The translations under genes were made by a program, and so were the position numbers. From the human T2T-CHM13v2.0 reference genome, Homo sapiens, in the NCBI RefSeq assembly GCF_009914755.1, contig NC_060932.1: 64,000 nt of DNA; one strand, given 5' to 3'. This document shows, in pieces, positions 1 to 16,540 of the stretch. Each line of letters starts with the position of its first letter. Within the stretch, counting starts at the first letter, position 1. A model generated the notes under the pieces. It saw only the letters and a program-made list of their open reading frames with translations, was not told the origin of the DNA and did no database searches.

Positions 1-453
1 AATTATTTTATGCAATACGATATTTCTCTTTGAAGAACTGACAGAAACAAACTTTCCTTATACTTTTCCTATGTTATTCATAATCAATCTGTCTTGAATC
101 AAATGACTTATAATTTAACATTCCTGAGGAAAAATGAAGACAATTCAATAAAAATGTCAATGTAATTTTCAATCACAAAAATAGGAATGTTTATTTATTT
201 TTATTTCACTAAAATTGGAAGACAGCTGTAAATAAAAGATTGAGTTATTTATCCATAAATAAACAAAATTGTTATTCATTGTAAAAAAAAAATGAAAGTG
301 TTCCTCAGCATATTTCTGTTACTCTGAACTATTTTCATTATTTCAATCTCTTCAATGACTATTATTGAAAACTTACTATATGCCAGAACCTATGTGCTAT
401 GTTAGCCATACAGTTGTAGGCCCTATCTGCAAGTAGTTTAAAATTGAGTTGGA

Positions 454-795
<342 letters not shown>

Positions 796-1099
796 CTATT
801 GAAGTCTGTCACCAACAATTTACTGAGTTGCTCTTATTCATCAGGTGCTATGCTCCACCATAAAGGGCCAGTGAGATAAACAGACCCAGTCATTACTGCT
901 CTATAAAGTTTACAGTTTAGTGGTATAGGTAACATACAAAAAAAAAAAAAAAGCTATACAGTATGGAGAGATTACTTTTAGCTAAAAAGGATATGAGGAG
1001 AAAATGTCTTGAGGTGTTTTGCCAAATGTTTCACATGAACTGATACTTAAAAGGTGGATAAGAGTTTTAAAGGCTACGGTGGGATAGTGTTAAGTTGTT

Positions 1100-1960
1100 C
1101 ACTATTGCAAAAATGAGATATTTTCTAAGTAAGTAAGAGGAATTCAGCTTTCCTTCAACGTGGAGTAACAAGGAAGAATTTACCTTCCATCTGAAAGAAC
1201 CAAAAGAAAAAAAAAAAGGAAAGAGTATATTTAAAAAAAAGAAATATTTCAAAACAATGGACATTAGGCAACAAAGCACAGTGATTCTTGAGTGACAGGA
1301 AACAAATTAGTTGAATCCCCTGATTGCCTCATCTTACTACATTAAGAGAGTTTCAAGTCTGTGGCACAGGGAAGAGGAAGCTATGCATAGCCCAGCAGAC
1401 TCCTTGAGTTGAGAAGATGGATCTGAGAGTCAAGAGAAAACTATGCAGGTAGAGTTTATGGGACATGGTACCAGAGTCGACATTGACAGAGAAATGTCTC
1501 TAGAGATATAGGAAGGAAACTCCTTAAACAGTCAGCAGATTTCTGATCAGCTCCTGAGGAAACTGCCCATGGTTTGAGAAAAAACTACCCCAAAAGATGA
1601 GATGTAACAATATCTGGAGCTGACATGGGGCCAGGAATGCCACTTGTCATACAGAATTCTATACCCAGCAAAAATATGTATTTTAAAAGGTGAAATGAAA
1701 CATATGCACACAAAGAAAAGCTGAAAACATTATCATAAGTAGAAATGGACCACAAGACAAATTTAAAGAAGTCCTTCCAGTGGAAGAAAAATAATACCTC
1801 ATGCAAGTATGTATCTACACAAAAATATTACAACACTTGAAGTAGTAATGACGTACATAAATAAGATTTGTCTTACTATTTAAATCTCTTGAAGAAATAG
1901 TTGACTAATTAAAGTTGTTTAACTACGCTGCGTGGTGTTTTGGTGTTTGTAACATTGACT
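1100..1960 (+). mobile_element. Ancient L1M fragment (5' region / ORF1 C-terminus)
   Basis: AGAATTCTATACCCAGCAAAAATA near 1653 translates RILYPAKI, typical of the L1 ORF1p C-terminus; boundaries approximate. Confidence 0.65.
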
Positions 1961-2192
1961 AAGTAAAATGTTTGACTACAAGAGCATTTGCATAAAGAAC
2001 CTTTTGATGCTTCAAGTTCTACCTCCCCATTCCCCTTCTACTCCACATCTGGGCAAGCCAACAAGAAAGTCGGCTTGCTTCCTCATTTGGCATCAGCAGG
2101 GAAGTTCAAACCATGCAAACCCTGGCACACTCACTAGAACTTTTCCCAAGTTCCCAACCACTAACCACAATAAAAAAAAAAGCAAAACTATA

Positions 2193-4990
<2,798 letters not shown>

Positions 4991-5165
4991 CTATTCATCC
5001 ATCCCTTCTCTCAAACCATTTCTGACCAAAGAGAGTCTTACCATGTGGGTAATCTTTCATACCTTCTTGGGACATCTTCAGCCTTGTGGCATAATCAGTC
5101 AATATGGAACCAATTCTGGGGAGGGGGCAGTTGATCATGCTCTTTCTTAGGCAACCACAGAGCAA

Positions 5166-6014
5166 CTGGCAGTGAGTAGGGTGGCCCAAGGGATGACTAT
5201 CATTACCTGAGGGACTTTTTTGTTGTTGTTTGTGACTTGATAACTGGCTCTGCTGCCACCTGGCTAGAGAGTGCTTGGTGCTGTGCTAGTGTACTTACAC
5301 TTTGAGATGTGCTGATTTTGATGCATTTTCTGAGCTTTTCTGGCCTCTGCCAAGATTTAAATGATAGATCTAAGTCAGAAGTATTGAAAATTGACATTCA
5401 GAGACAGGAGTATTGGCTTGTGGTCCTTCCCAAAGTGATTCTGAGTTCTGTGCCTCTCAGCTTAGACTTATCTGTGTGTCTTAGATTTAATCATATGTCT
5501 CAAATTTAGTGCAAGCCATGAATGATGCTAGGCTCAGATGAATGTCTTACTCTATGACTATTGGTTATGTGTCTCAAGCAGGTGTTGACTCCCATTCTAT
5601 AGAGTGCTCAGGGGAAAGGCTGGCACACTGTGCAATAAGTATGCTTATCCAATGCTTGCCTATCTGACAAGGAGTGGTCACCATGTGGTGTCCTCCAGTC
5701 CATACCTAAACTCAGATGGCTTTAGGTATCTAAAACAACCTTCGTTGTTGTTGCTACTGTCTATGTGTCTGTCATCAAAAAGATTCTGGTTCTCAGGGAA
5801 GAACACCCATATCATCTCATAGCACAGCTGTGGGCTTAATTCAAACCTGACTTAAGCCTGGAGTCCCTAAACCCAATAACAACTGCCCTGTGGGAGACCC
5901 CCAACATTTAAAATAATGATTTGGAACTCTCTGGAGGAAGATACATATAAATAAGGACAGAGTAGAGAAGATTGCCCTTCTTCCTGAAGCGTATCCTGTA
6001 ACTCCACCCCCAAA

Positions 6015-6059
<45 letters not shown>

Positions 6060-7270
6060 AACACTAGGATACAGGGAGAAGAAACAAAAATTGAAATAAA
6101 GATCCACAACTGGACTCAATTGAAAATACAAATTTTTCTAAAATAGTTATTCAACAGAAAGATAAAATAACAGAATTGGATTTCACATCTCCACAATATG
6201 GGTTTTAAATGAACAGATTCTGATATGTAGTACTTGAAAAATCTTTGTGGTCTTCATAGATACTGGGCCTCAAATTACAGTTATATGAGGAGATACCACT
6301 GAATGTACAAGGTATATCCTGTACTTTAGAGGAGTTACCAAACACAAAACAGAAGGCAAACATGTATGTCTCACCTTAAACATTGAAACTGTTGCTTTGC
6401 CTAAATTCCTTGTGGTCAGAGTGCCCATTGACCTATAGCACCTGATACGGACATTTTGAACCAATTAGTAATAAATTAATATTAATTATCTGGCATTTAC
6501 AATCAGCTTGGTAAAATGGAGCCCCTTGGACCTGTCCTTCTAATTACAATAGTTAATACAGCCCAACTTAGATTAAAACAAGGTCTACAGTAATTAAGAA
6601 CCATCATATAACACCTACTGAAGGAAACAACTATTGTTCCTACTGCCTTCCCTTTAAATAGTCCAATTTGTTCAGTGTTTAAACCTGATAAAAAATAATT
6701 GGCATGGGAAAGTTGATTACCACAGCCTAAATACCCTGATGCCCCTGATTAAGACCTCCATATCAATATTACTGAAGTTGTTGGTTCCTATCAATAACTG
6801 GAAAATATTTTGCTATTATAGGTTTAGTGAATATGTTCTATTCAGTACTTATTTCAACAGCTTCCCAAGCATAGTTTGTTTTCACTTTTGAAGAGACAAA
6901 ATATACGTGGGTATCTCAACAGCCCTTGTGTGACATTGCACACAAACTTTGCATGCAATATATTAACTACAACTGATTTTCTCCAGGAATGCATGTATGC
7001 CATTATTTTGAGGGCAACAAATTCATTTGACCCATTCATCCAGAAAATGCAAACAAAAAGGAGCCCAGAAATAAAAGGGGATTATCTCACCCACACAATA
7101 CAAGGCCATGCCTTCTCAGTTAATTTTCTGATAATTATTTGGTCAGCAAAAGTATATATACTCTGTCCAAACTGCAATACAAAAGGCCCTCCCACTAGTA
7201 TCCCCAAGTCTCCTTTGCTACAGAGGCTTCAGCAACATCCTCTCATGATACTTAGAATCCATGAACACAC
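5166..7270 (+). pseudogene. Decayed ERVL-class (class III) endogenous retrovirus internal region with pro-pol remnants
   Basis: FVVFIDTGPQITVI*GD (6244-6294, aspartic protease DTG). RT motifs in order: KWSPLDL, TAFPLNSPICSVFKPD (~6642-6689), VDYHSLN, YFAIIGLVNMFYSV, GYLNSP, IQGHAFSVNFL; stops and frameshifts throughout. Confidence 0.85.
6018..6059 (+). repeat. (CAA)14 microsatellite
   Basis: Perfect trinucleotide run. Confidence 0.97.
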
Positions 7271-7280
7271 AGTCTAAACA

Positions 7281-7542
7281 ATTTTCTTTTGAGACAGGGT
7301 CTCACTCTGTCACCCAAGCTGTAGTGCAGTGTTACATTCGGAGTTCACTACATCCTTGACCTCCTGGGCTCAGGTGATCCTCTCATCTCAGCCTCCTGAG
7401 TACCTGGGACTCCAGGCATGCACCACCACACTTGACTAAGTTTTGTATTTTTTGTAGAGACAGGGTTTTTGCCATGTTTCCCAGGGTGATCTCAAACTCC
7501 TGGGCTCAAGCGATCTACACATCTCAGCCTCCAAAAGTGCTA
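7281..7542 (-). mobile_element. AluJ-like SINE
   Basis: Reverse Alu (TTTGAGACAGGGTCTCACTCTG...CCAAAAGTGCT), diverged. Confidence 0.9.
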
Positions 7543-8175
7543 ATTCTTCTTAATGAAAATAACCATAATTTCCAATGGTTGTGTATTATTGTTGGTTAAA
7601 TACTATTTATTTTATAAATAAGCAATAATGTGTATAATTTTAAGACTTTTAAACACATTTTTCAAAAATTTCTTCAAGGGAGTAATTTTATTATAATGCA
7701 GAATCTCCAAAGTGCCATCTATTTTTAACATAACAAGAGAGCAAATCAGTTATCGAGACTCACTACGACAGTGCAAGAACCCATAAAGAATCAGTATGCC
7801 TTTTAAAAATCAATTTTGTTATTAATATGTGTTATATTGACAAAATAAAATTGCATCCATTCTATTTTTAATTTTAATTGCAGCTATAAATCATCATTGT
7901 TCTTAAAATTCTGTTAAATTACATTTATTAGTGCTGACTTCCTCTGACCTCTCTTTCTGCTGCCAGTTAATGTAGTACCTTGATAAGCCAACTTATCCTA
8001 AAGTCATTAGTATACACTCAGCCATGGTAACTACTATAATCCTTTAATCTGAAAGGCAGTACAAACAGTTAAAACCTTACATGGTTTTATTAATTACAAA
8101 ACACACAAAAATACTTATATACTCATCAATACTTTCATATAATTACTGATTTTTAAATATTGAGAATATACTTAC

Positions 8176-8352
8176 TTGTACAGTTAGGTAAAGTTCCAGA
8201 CCATGTTCCATTGGCTGTGCACTGTCTAACTGAAGGTCCAGAAAGGATGTATCCCTCCATGCAGGAATAAATGACTGAACTAGAAAATGTTGTGCCATCA
8301 ATTCGGAAGACTTTCCCATTGGCTGTGGTTCCTGGGTTACCACACTGCACAG
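8176..8352 (-). CDS. CSMD3: CSMD3 coding exon, Sushi/CCP domain ([13 protein letters not shown]...WSGTLPNCT)
   Basis: tttatag|CT acceptor, A|gtaagt donor; 177 nt, phase 1-1; four Cys plus conserved Trp. Confidence 0.97.
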
Positions 8353-9232
8353 CTATAAAACAAAGTGTTTAAGAGTATATATAAAAAATGCAATCAGAAA
8401 TTCTTCCCAAAAAAGTTAATGACTAAACGATTCTTTCAAATTATTCAAAGAAGCAATAAAAACTTCTAAAATAAGTAGTAAAGTATCTAGGTAGTTGAAA
8501 TTCAAGATGAATGTATGTTGATTTTATTCGCTTAATTACTGGGATGCAAATTATAACATTTTCTTAAGACTTTTTTTAGCAGCTTCAGTAAAAACTCTAC
8601 AGAGTAAAATAATTATTCAAAGAGTACTGTATTGGCTTCAGGTACCACAAAATCTTTTAGAGAAGGATTATAAGAATCTCTGTCTAAAAAGCAACTCATG
8701 TAAAATTGGAAGACATGTAACAATGAGTGATGAGATGCAACAGAGATTTATTACATTTATATTTCAGAAAAGACAGATACACAATTTTAATATTGTAAGC
8801 ATCTATGTATATTTTTGTTTGTATAAGTACATAACTGTTTTGCATTAAAATGTATAAATTCTATTTCTAGACCAGAGTACCAAAACTAAACCGAGTAAAA
8901 ACAAAGTAATTAAATATTAGTAATCGTTTTCATTAAGTTTCAATATATTCTAAATAAAAGTTACAAACACGAATGTCTTTTTATGATTAACTATTTTATA
9001 TATGTGTTTAACTATTTGTCAACAATATGTTAATTTTTAAACTATCTGACTTAAAAGCTATAATATATCAAACGTAATACTTAATTTTCTTGTAATATCA
9101 GAAGGCATTTTAGTACCTTACAGAAGTGAAGGCTTTTATGGATATGAAATATGATTATAATTTCAGAAAATACCATCTGCATCTCTTGCTGCATCTTAAA
9201 TATTTCTTTTTGCCTATCATTTGTATAACTGC

Positions 9233-9282
9233 CGTGTGTGTGTGTGTGTGTGCATGCGCGTATGTGTGTGTATGCATGTGTA
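9233..9282. repeat. Alternating purine-pyrimidine (TG-rich) repeat
   Basis: 50 bp of unbroken YR alternation. Confidence 0.9.
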
Positions 9283-9979
9283 GGCAAGAACCTTATCCAT
9301 TTTACATATATACATAAAAATCAAACTCTAGATAATATTTTAAGCAGAACCTATGATAAAACAGACATTTTTACTTTGTTGTTAAGCATGATTACTTTCT
9401 TCTAAATGCATTAGTGCCTGCCTGAAATAAAATTTTGGCCATGTTTACTTGTTATATATCATGATCCATAGCTTGACGTAATGCAAGAAGGATTTGAGAT
9501 AATGTCATCTTTTAAAATGTCATGTAATTTTTATTTTGAAATAGAGACCTAGGCAGAGTCAAATTTCTGCACAATAAAAATCAAGAATTTCTTTAGTCAG
9601 GGTGGTTTCAAGATATGGCCAAATCGTACTGTTGTTTCTGTTCTCTTGACTTTAATTCCTCCACACCTAATACACAAATTTCTCCTATCCAGACATTTTA
9701 TTTGAACTAAGCACAAGTAAAATTAACTTAAAATGAAACAAGGTAAGTGCGTCATCTATCATGAGTGAAGGCTTAAAGCTTGCTGGATACAATGAAAGGA
9801 AACAGCAACTACTTTGCCTCTGCAATATTGACATTTAGGAGAAAAATGATTTATTGTTGCCTGTGAATAAACCTGCATTTACATTTAGTACTAGTCAACC
9901 AAACCATCTCTTCTCACAAGAGTCATTTCCCAGCAGTCAACAGACATAATCTAATAAAAATGAGAGTTACTATTTTTTT

Positions 9980-10150
9980 AGATTCATTAAGCACTTAATA
10001 TGTCACAGCCACAACTTTTCCAAAATTATTTACTTCTCACAAAAATGTTCTGAGTTAGTATTAACATCACCACCATTTCTTAATAGGAAAGTGAGGCACA
10101 GAAAGATTAAGTAACTTGCCCAATCTCACAAAGCTAGTTAATAGCAGATT
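9980..10150. mobile_element. MIR SINE fragment
   Basis: MIR core GGAAAGTGAGGCACAGAAAGATTAAGTAACTTGCCCA. Confidence 0.8.
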
Positions 10151-10836
10151 GTTCATCTAGTACAAATTCCTAGGAATGATGCTGATAGCATACAATAAAA
10201 GCATTGAATCATATTCAGGGTAGGAAATAAGCTGAAACATAATACATGTTTGTAAATTGAATTTTTTTTTGTGATGCATCTTTATAGGAAGTATATTTTA
10301 TATGTTTGCCTTTCTTTTGTTGCTAGAGAGAACTCTTATTTTAAAAATCATGGTACCATTTGTTTCCTTGTATCAAAGTAATAAGTAGTCATTTCTAAAA
10401 TGACAAAAAGAAGTATAAGGAAGAAAGTAAAGATTGCTTAAAATTCCACCACTGAAAAATAGAAATTGATATTTATATATGCATATGTGTATATGATTAT
10501 GTATTAATATGAATATAATTATTTCAATATTCTATGCTTTGTGTTAGGTATAGAGTATACAACAGTGAAATATTAATTTACTCTTTTTTATTTCTATTTT
10601 TCTTACATAAAATTACAATTAAGGTATCTTTCTATCATAAAGTTTAGTAACTGTATGGTTTTCCATACAGTTAATAATTTACCTAACCAATTCCCTGTTG
10701 AAAAACATTTAGTTAGGCTTGGTTTTATTTTTCTATGATTTTTAGATATAACATACTAGAACTTATATTTACAACTCTGTACATTAGTTCTATGTTTAAG
10801 ATAAATATCTAAAATAATTTCTGGATCATATTTTAG

Positions 10837-11040
10837 TAGGGTGACTGTAATTAACAACAGTGTATTGTACATTTCAAAATAGCTAGAAGTGAGGACCTGA
10901 AATATTATCAACACATAGAAATAATAAATGCTTGTGGTGATGGATATCATAAATATTCTGACTGGATCATTACACATTTATGCATGTAACAAAATATCAC
11001 ATGTGCCCCATTAATATGTAAAATTATGTATCAATAAAAA
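10837..11040 (+). mobile_element. L1MA-type 3' end
   Basis: AGGGTGACTGTAATTAACAAC...CATTACACAT...ATCAATAAAAA, typical L1MA 3' UTR. Confidence 0.8.
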
Positions 11041-12730
11041 ATACCTAAAACATTAAAAATTTAACTTGTTTGAAATATATTGCCACAGAACCACTAAAGA
11101 TATTATAACAATACACACTTGTATTGATAGCATAAAACTTTGCTTGTGTTCACACCTCCTATGTAACACCATTTGCCATCATTTAAAAGAATCTCAGTTT
11201 GTCAAAAATGTTACATTCTTCAAATTTGCATTTCTCTATTGATTAAATGAAGTCACTTAAACACATTATTTAATATTTTTATTTTTACATGTGCTTTATC
11301 CTTCACATTCTGAAAATACCTTTCATGTTTTATTATAAATTATTAAAGTAATATGACAGCAATAGAAAACATTTGGAATAAAGAGTAAAAATACCAATAA
11401 TTTCACAACTCTGTCCTAGTATTATTTTTTTGTGTATTTCCTTTCATACTTTCACTTAAATGAATATCATTTCTCATGGTTCTAATATAGCACATAATTT
11501 TAAATCTTATTTCTAAGTTTTATATAATGTACATTTTCTCATATTGCTTCATGGCCTATATCGTAATATTTTATTGACTATACTCTATTAGATCATGTAA
11601 ACATAAAATTGCTTAAGCAATACTTTTCCTAGTGTAAGATTGTTCCAAATTATTGCTAGTTATAAACAGAAATAAAAATTACATTTTCATAATTGTGTGT
11701 TCTCTTTAATATTTCTATTTTCCTTGGAAAACATTCCACAAAAGTGGAGTAATAAACTGAAGCAATAGATATATCCCATGAATATTTATCATTCTATTCA
11801 TTATCAGTTTGAGAGCAATTTTTGTCAAATTGCTCTCAAAATATAACAATAAAAATCATCTTGAAATATTTTAAAGTTCTAGTTTTGCTGCTCCCGCACA
11901 CAATAATTTTATATTACCGTGTTTAAAATAGGTGAAAATGATACCTTAATATTTAATCATAATTTTTTATTAGTAGTTCTGTTGAATTTTTTCTATAGGT
12001 TACAGTTTTTTTTTATTTCTGCTTTCTGTTCATATCCTTTATCCATTCGTCTACTAAAATCTGTTTGTGTAAGTGATTGGTATCAGCTTCATTTATGAGA
12101 AAAATATTAATTCTATTGTATTTGCTACAACTAATAGTTCTCCTTTTATCCATAATATGCATGCTAACAAAGCAATATCAGCACAAGTCTGCATTTCATC
12201 TATAAAATATTTTGTAGGTCAGCTGAACAAAGGACTGACTTAGATGTCACCTACACAATGTTGCATGTATAATGATGCCCACAGCATCATTAAAAAGACC
12301 TTGACTTTGGAAAATAAGTTTGAGAAATAAAGAGTTTAGTCTCTCTTACTGTATTTTACTCAGCACTATGTTTTCCAAGTCTTTTCCCTATATCAACTAA
12401 GTTGCAACTCCTTCTTAAGATTATTAAAACTGACCCAGTTACAAAAAGATAACTATCTTTTCTAGAATATAAATATTAAACATAATCAAATATTTCTATA
12501 ACATAGTCAATCAAAAAACCCTCAGGAAAGTTTGATTGGGAATTATCTTCTATTTACAAAACCAATATGTTTGGTACAACGTCAAGTAAGTTTAAAAATA
12601 TTTTGCAAGTTTAGTTTTTCCAATAAAATAATCACAAAAAGAACAATTAAGGTCAATACAATAATTTTCTAGCAACATTTTATTTACTAGTCAATTTTGT
12701 AAAATATTTTTCTTTTTCCTTTTTATCTTT

Positions 12731-13019
12731 CTTTTTTTTTAAACAGAGTCTCGCTCTGTCACCTAGGCTAGAGTGCAGTGGCATAATCATGGTTCACTGC
12801 AGCCTCTGCCTCCTGGACTCAGTGATCCTCCTGCCTTAGCATCCGGAGTCGCTAGGACTACAGGCATATGCCACCACACCTGGCTAATTTTTAAGATTTT
12901 TGTAGAGATGTGGTCTCAGGCTGGGTCCTACTCAGGCTGGTTCAAACTCCTGGCCTCAAGTGATCCTCCTGCCTCAGTGTCCCAAATTGTGGGGTTTACA
13001 GGCTTCAGCCACAACTGGC
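12731..13019 (-). mobile_element. AluJ-like SINE
   Basis: Reverse Alu dimer with poly(T) start. Confidence 0.9.
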
Positions 13020-13259
13020 ACTCTTGTAAAGATTTAATTATGTTAACTCTGAGTCAGAACAATTAAAATTTTACTCAAACACCCTAGATGTTGTGAATTC
13101 TAGTAACTAACAGTTGTACTCTACAATTAAAAATCTTAATAATACTTCTGTATGTTTCTATATTTTTCCATTTCTACAAACTAGAAGCTAAGACAGACAT
13201 TGAGGTTATGTTAGGGTAAGAATAACCTATCATTTTCTCTTGTCTCTACAATATAGGTA

Positions 13260-13771
13260 CACTAGTCTCCCCTTATCTACTATTCTTTCCACAGTTTCAC
13301 TTAGCCATGGTCAATCATGGTCTAAAAATAATATATGGAAAATTCCAGAAATAGCCAATCCATATATTTTAAGTTCTGAGTAGCATGATGAAATATCATG
13401 TCGTCCCACATGGAAAGTGAATCATCCCTTGTCCAGGGTACCTACCCTGTATATGATATCCACTCGTCAGTCACCTAATATCTGCCTTAGTTATCAGATC
13501 AAAAGATCACAAGAAGAAGGGTGAGTACAGTCAACAAGATATTTTGAGTGAGAGACCATATTCACATAACTTTTATTCTAGTATATTGCTATAATTGTTC
13601 TATTTTACTATTATAGTTTTAATCTCCTACTGTGCATAATTTATAAATAAAACTTTATTACAGGTATGTGTGAAAAAATCATAGAAATAAAGGGTTAGGT
13701 AGTATCTGCGTTTTCAGGCTCCCACTAAAAGTCTTGGAATGTATTCTCCATGGATAAAGGAGGGACTACTG
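13260..13771. mobile_element. MER44-like TcMar-Tigger non-autonomous DNA transposon
   Basis: Terminal inverted repeats CACTAGTCTCCCCTTATC ... GGATAAAGGAGGGACTACTG, each flanked by a TA dinucleotide (13258-59, 13772-73). Confidence 0.85.
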
Positions 13772-14065
13772 TAAAGAGGAAAGAATAAATATTTTTAACA
13801 AATATATATTACTTTTTAAATCTAAACATTTGCTATGTTGTGAACAATGTTTGCATATATATGACCAATGAGGGTTTTTTAAAAAAATTATCGGTTATAG
13901 TTATCTTAGGAGATGGTTACAGTATAATGGGAATACGACTGTTTTATTTCATAGTTGCAGGCAGAATAAACTAGTAAGAGTAATTTTCCTAGTAGTACTC
14001 ATCTGGATTTAGATACACACTAAAATCCAGTAGTTGCAATATATTTAATTTCTGCTTGAGATTAC

Positions 14066-14248
14066 CTTTGCACTCTGGCTGCCTTCCGGTCCAACTGCCA
14101 TTAGCTAAACATGTTCTTTCTTCTGAGCCATGAAGGATGTAACCAGTATCACAAGCATAACGTACAGTACTTTTAGTTCTGAAATTGCTTTCCTGTCTAG
14201 AGCCATGGCCGGGAGTACCTGGATCGCCACATGTCCCAGTAGCATCAC
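14066..14248 (-). CDS. CSMD3: CSMD3 coding exon, Sushi domain (GDATGTCGDPGTPGHG...WTGRQPECK)
   Basis: ttgcag|GT acceptor, G|gtaatc donor; 183 nt, phase 1-1; translated by hand, not in the ORF track. Confidence 0.96.
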
Positions 14249-15005
14249 CTGCAATGCAGTACAGTTCAAGTTAACCAATTCCCATAAACATTTATTAAGT
14301 TTACCAGTTAGTCCAAGGGCCTGGTAGGCATTTGTTTTTGTGCATGCGGTGTTTTAGCACAGATGGAGTAAAATTGTAATTCATATTTCTTATCTGACTC
14401 CAGTCATTAAAAAAAAGTGTAAATGAAAAAGAAAATAGTTGCAGAGTACAGTGTTACTTTTTTATCAGTGAATTTGGAGACGTTAAATAGGTTAAGGATA
14501 TTTCATAAGTTTTTCCAAACCTAGTTAATAACCAAGCTAATGGAAAATGTGTAACTGACAGTACTATGAACTCAAATGACAACAGACTCATAAAACCAAA
14601 ATTTAAAAAAAACTGAATTCTGCAATTTGCATGTTTCCTTTTCTGAATTTCCTGATTACTGATAATATTTTTATTGTTTTTGTTAAAGTAGAACTGTGGT
14701 GTGCTAGGACATGTAAATATTATAATACAGTTCTGATAGCCTAGGTTTCTCTCTCTTATTTTCTCTACCAATGACCAATGATCAAAGATGAATGAACTGC
14801 ATATTCCTCGTATATGAAAACATAAAAATAAAATGTAAAAGACCAAAATTTAGAAACTCTGACTTAAGTTTCTGATAAGAATATTGCTCATAACTAGGCG
14901 TTCATCTTTTGATTTTAGTGTTAAAGATTTACTCAGTCTTTACCTAGTCGTTTTATCATTTCTTAAATAATCCTAATCAAAATTGCCATAGTGTTAATAT
15001 ACATT

Positions 15006-15052
15006 GAGAGAGAGAGTGAGCGAGCTAGAGAGAAAGAGAGAGAGAGAGAGAG
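15006..15052 (+). repeat. (AG)n microsatellite, interrupted
   Basis: GAGAGA runs. Confidence 0.9.
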
Positions 15053-16366
15053 AAGGGTTGAAAATATAAGCATTGAAAATGTTCTTTCCATTTGTCCTTT
15101 TTATATGCCTTGTGTATTTGGAATACTTCATTATATGTCCTTATTTTCATGTGATGTAAAATTAATAACCACACAAAATTTTAAGATTAGTATTTCACTT
15201 TTAAATATCTGTGTACCATTTTATTACTCAATTTAGTAGCAGTTTCCTAATTTCCTAATACATTGTGGGGTGGGGGCGGGGGGTGAGTCTGTGTGTTCGC
15301 ATGTATAAGCAGTTATCTGAGAGTTAATTTACTATGAGTCACTCCAAGATAAGACTTTAATTCTCATAAAATCAATTTTATAGTTACATTAAAAATGATA
15401 GTTTTTCTAAATCTGTAGATTACATTCAAAGTCCCAGGCAGTCACTTCATAGGGATTAATCACTAGTTAAAAGATTTGGGGTTAATTTACCATTTCACTG
15501 CTTTTAACTCTAAAGTGAAAATAATGTAAAACAACTCCTAGTAAGTCATCAGAATGGTATCCACAGAGATAAAGTAGTGTAAAGACAATGGACAATATAT
15601 AAATATAAAGAAAAAGCAGAAAAATAAGCACAATATCTGGTTGATGGGTAAAAATAAATAGTATCAACTAGGGAGCCATCATAGATCTAAAACGTAAATG
15701 GTGTTTTTGAAAAAAAGTGGTAACTTAAACGTTTATCTCAGAAAAGATTTACCAAATACTTACTCTGTGAACAAATTATTAATTAAAATATCTTTAATAC
15801 TGATTTATGCAAAGATAACTCTAAGCAATATGTCACTTATTAATATTAGGATAGATAAATATCTTTAATAAAATGAATTAGATTAGTTCAATTTACAACA
15901 TTTTGGACTTTATTTTAAAATTATACCATTAAAGTAATCAATTGCTTAGAAAGTTAAACAGAACTGAACTCTGACAGAAAACCACTGATACAATATTGCC
16001 TTCTGGGGAAAATTATATGTGGTATCTGCTAAAATGGGATAGATACTTTAGCTTGAATAGTTTCACCATTTTAACGAACAAAAGCACTTCATACAGTGTA
16101 GCATCCTAAAACCATAAATTCTTTAAATTAGCAACACAGTTCAAAACACAAACTTGTAATTTATCATCTACAACATCAGTACCCTGCATTTCTATAGCCT
16201 TACACATATTCCAGTAATGTGTAAGCAGTGTTTCAGCTTTTCTTATGAGATTTTTCAGAGAGAAATATATTTTAAGTCTTTAGATTGTTTTGTGTATACG
16301 TTGCTACTACTACTACTAACAATAATGTAATTTCCAACACATATTGTCCAATTTTCCAAGTGGTAC

Positions 16367-16540
16367 CTGAACAATGAGGTTGTGATCCACTCCAATGGCC
16401 ATTCAATTGGCAGGTTCTTGATGACTGGCCTAAAAGGGAACGCTTTCCTGTGCAGGAATAGTGAACAGTAGACCCAAAAGTATACTTCTCGCCAGACAGG
16501 ACTGCATTAGGAGGAACGCCAGGGTGTCCACAGTCAATCA
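16367..16540 (-). CDS. CSMD3: CSMD3 coding exon, Sushi domain (MIDCGHPGVPPNA...WSGSQPHCS)
   Basis: attgtag|TG acceptor, G|gtacca donor; 174 nt, phase 1-1. Confidence 0.96.

Noticed and set aside
5841-6131. Poly-Leu and poly-Cys ORFs
   Set aside because: Artefacts of the (CAA)14 microsatellite read on the minus strand.
15267-15290. G-rich run GGGGTGGGGGCGGGGGG followed by GTGAGT
   Set aside because: Only three G-tracts, so not a canonical G-quadruplex; the donor-like motif is antisense to CSMD3 with no supporting exon.
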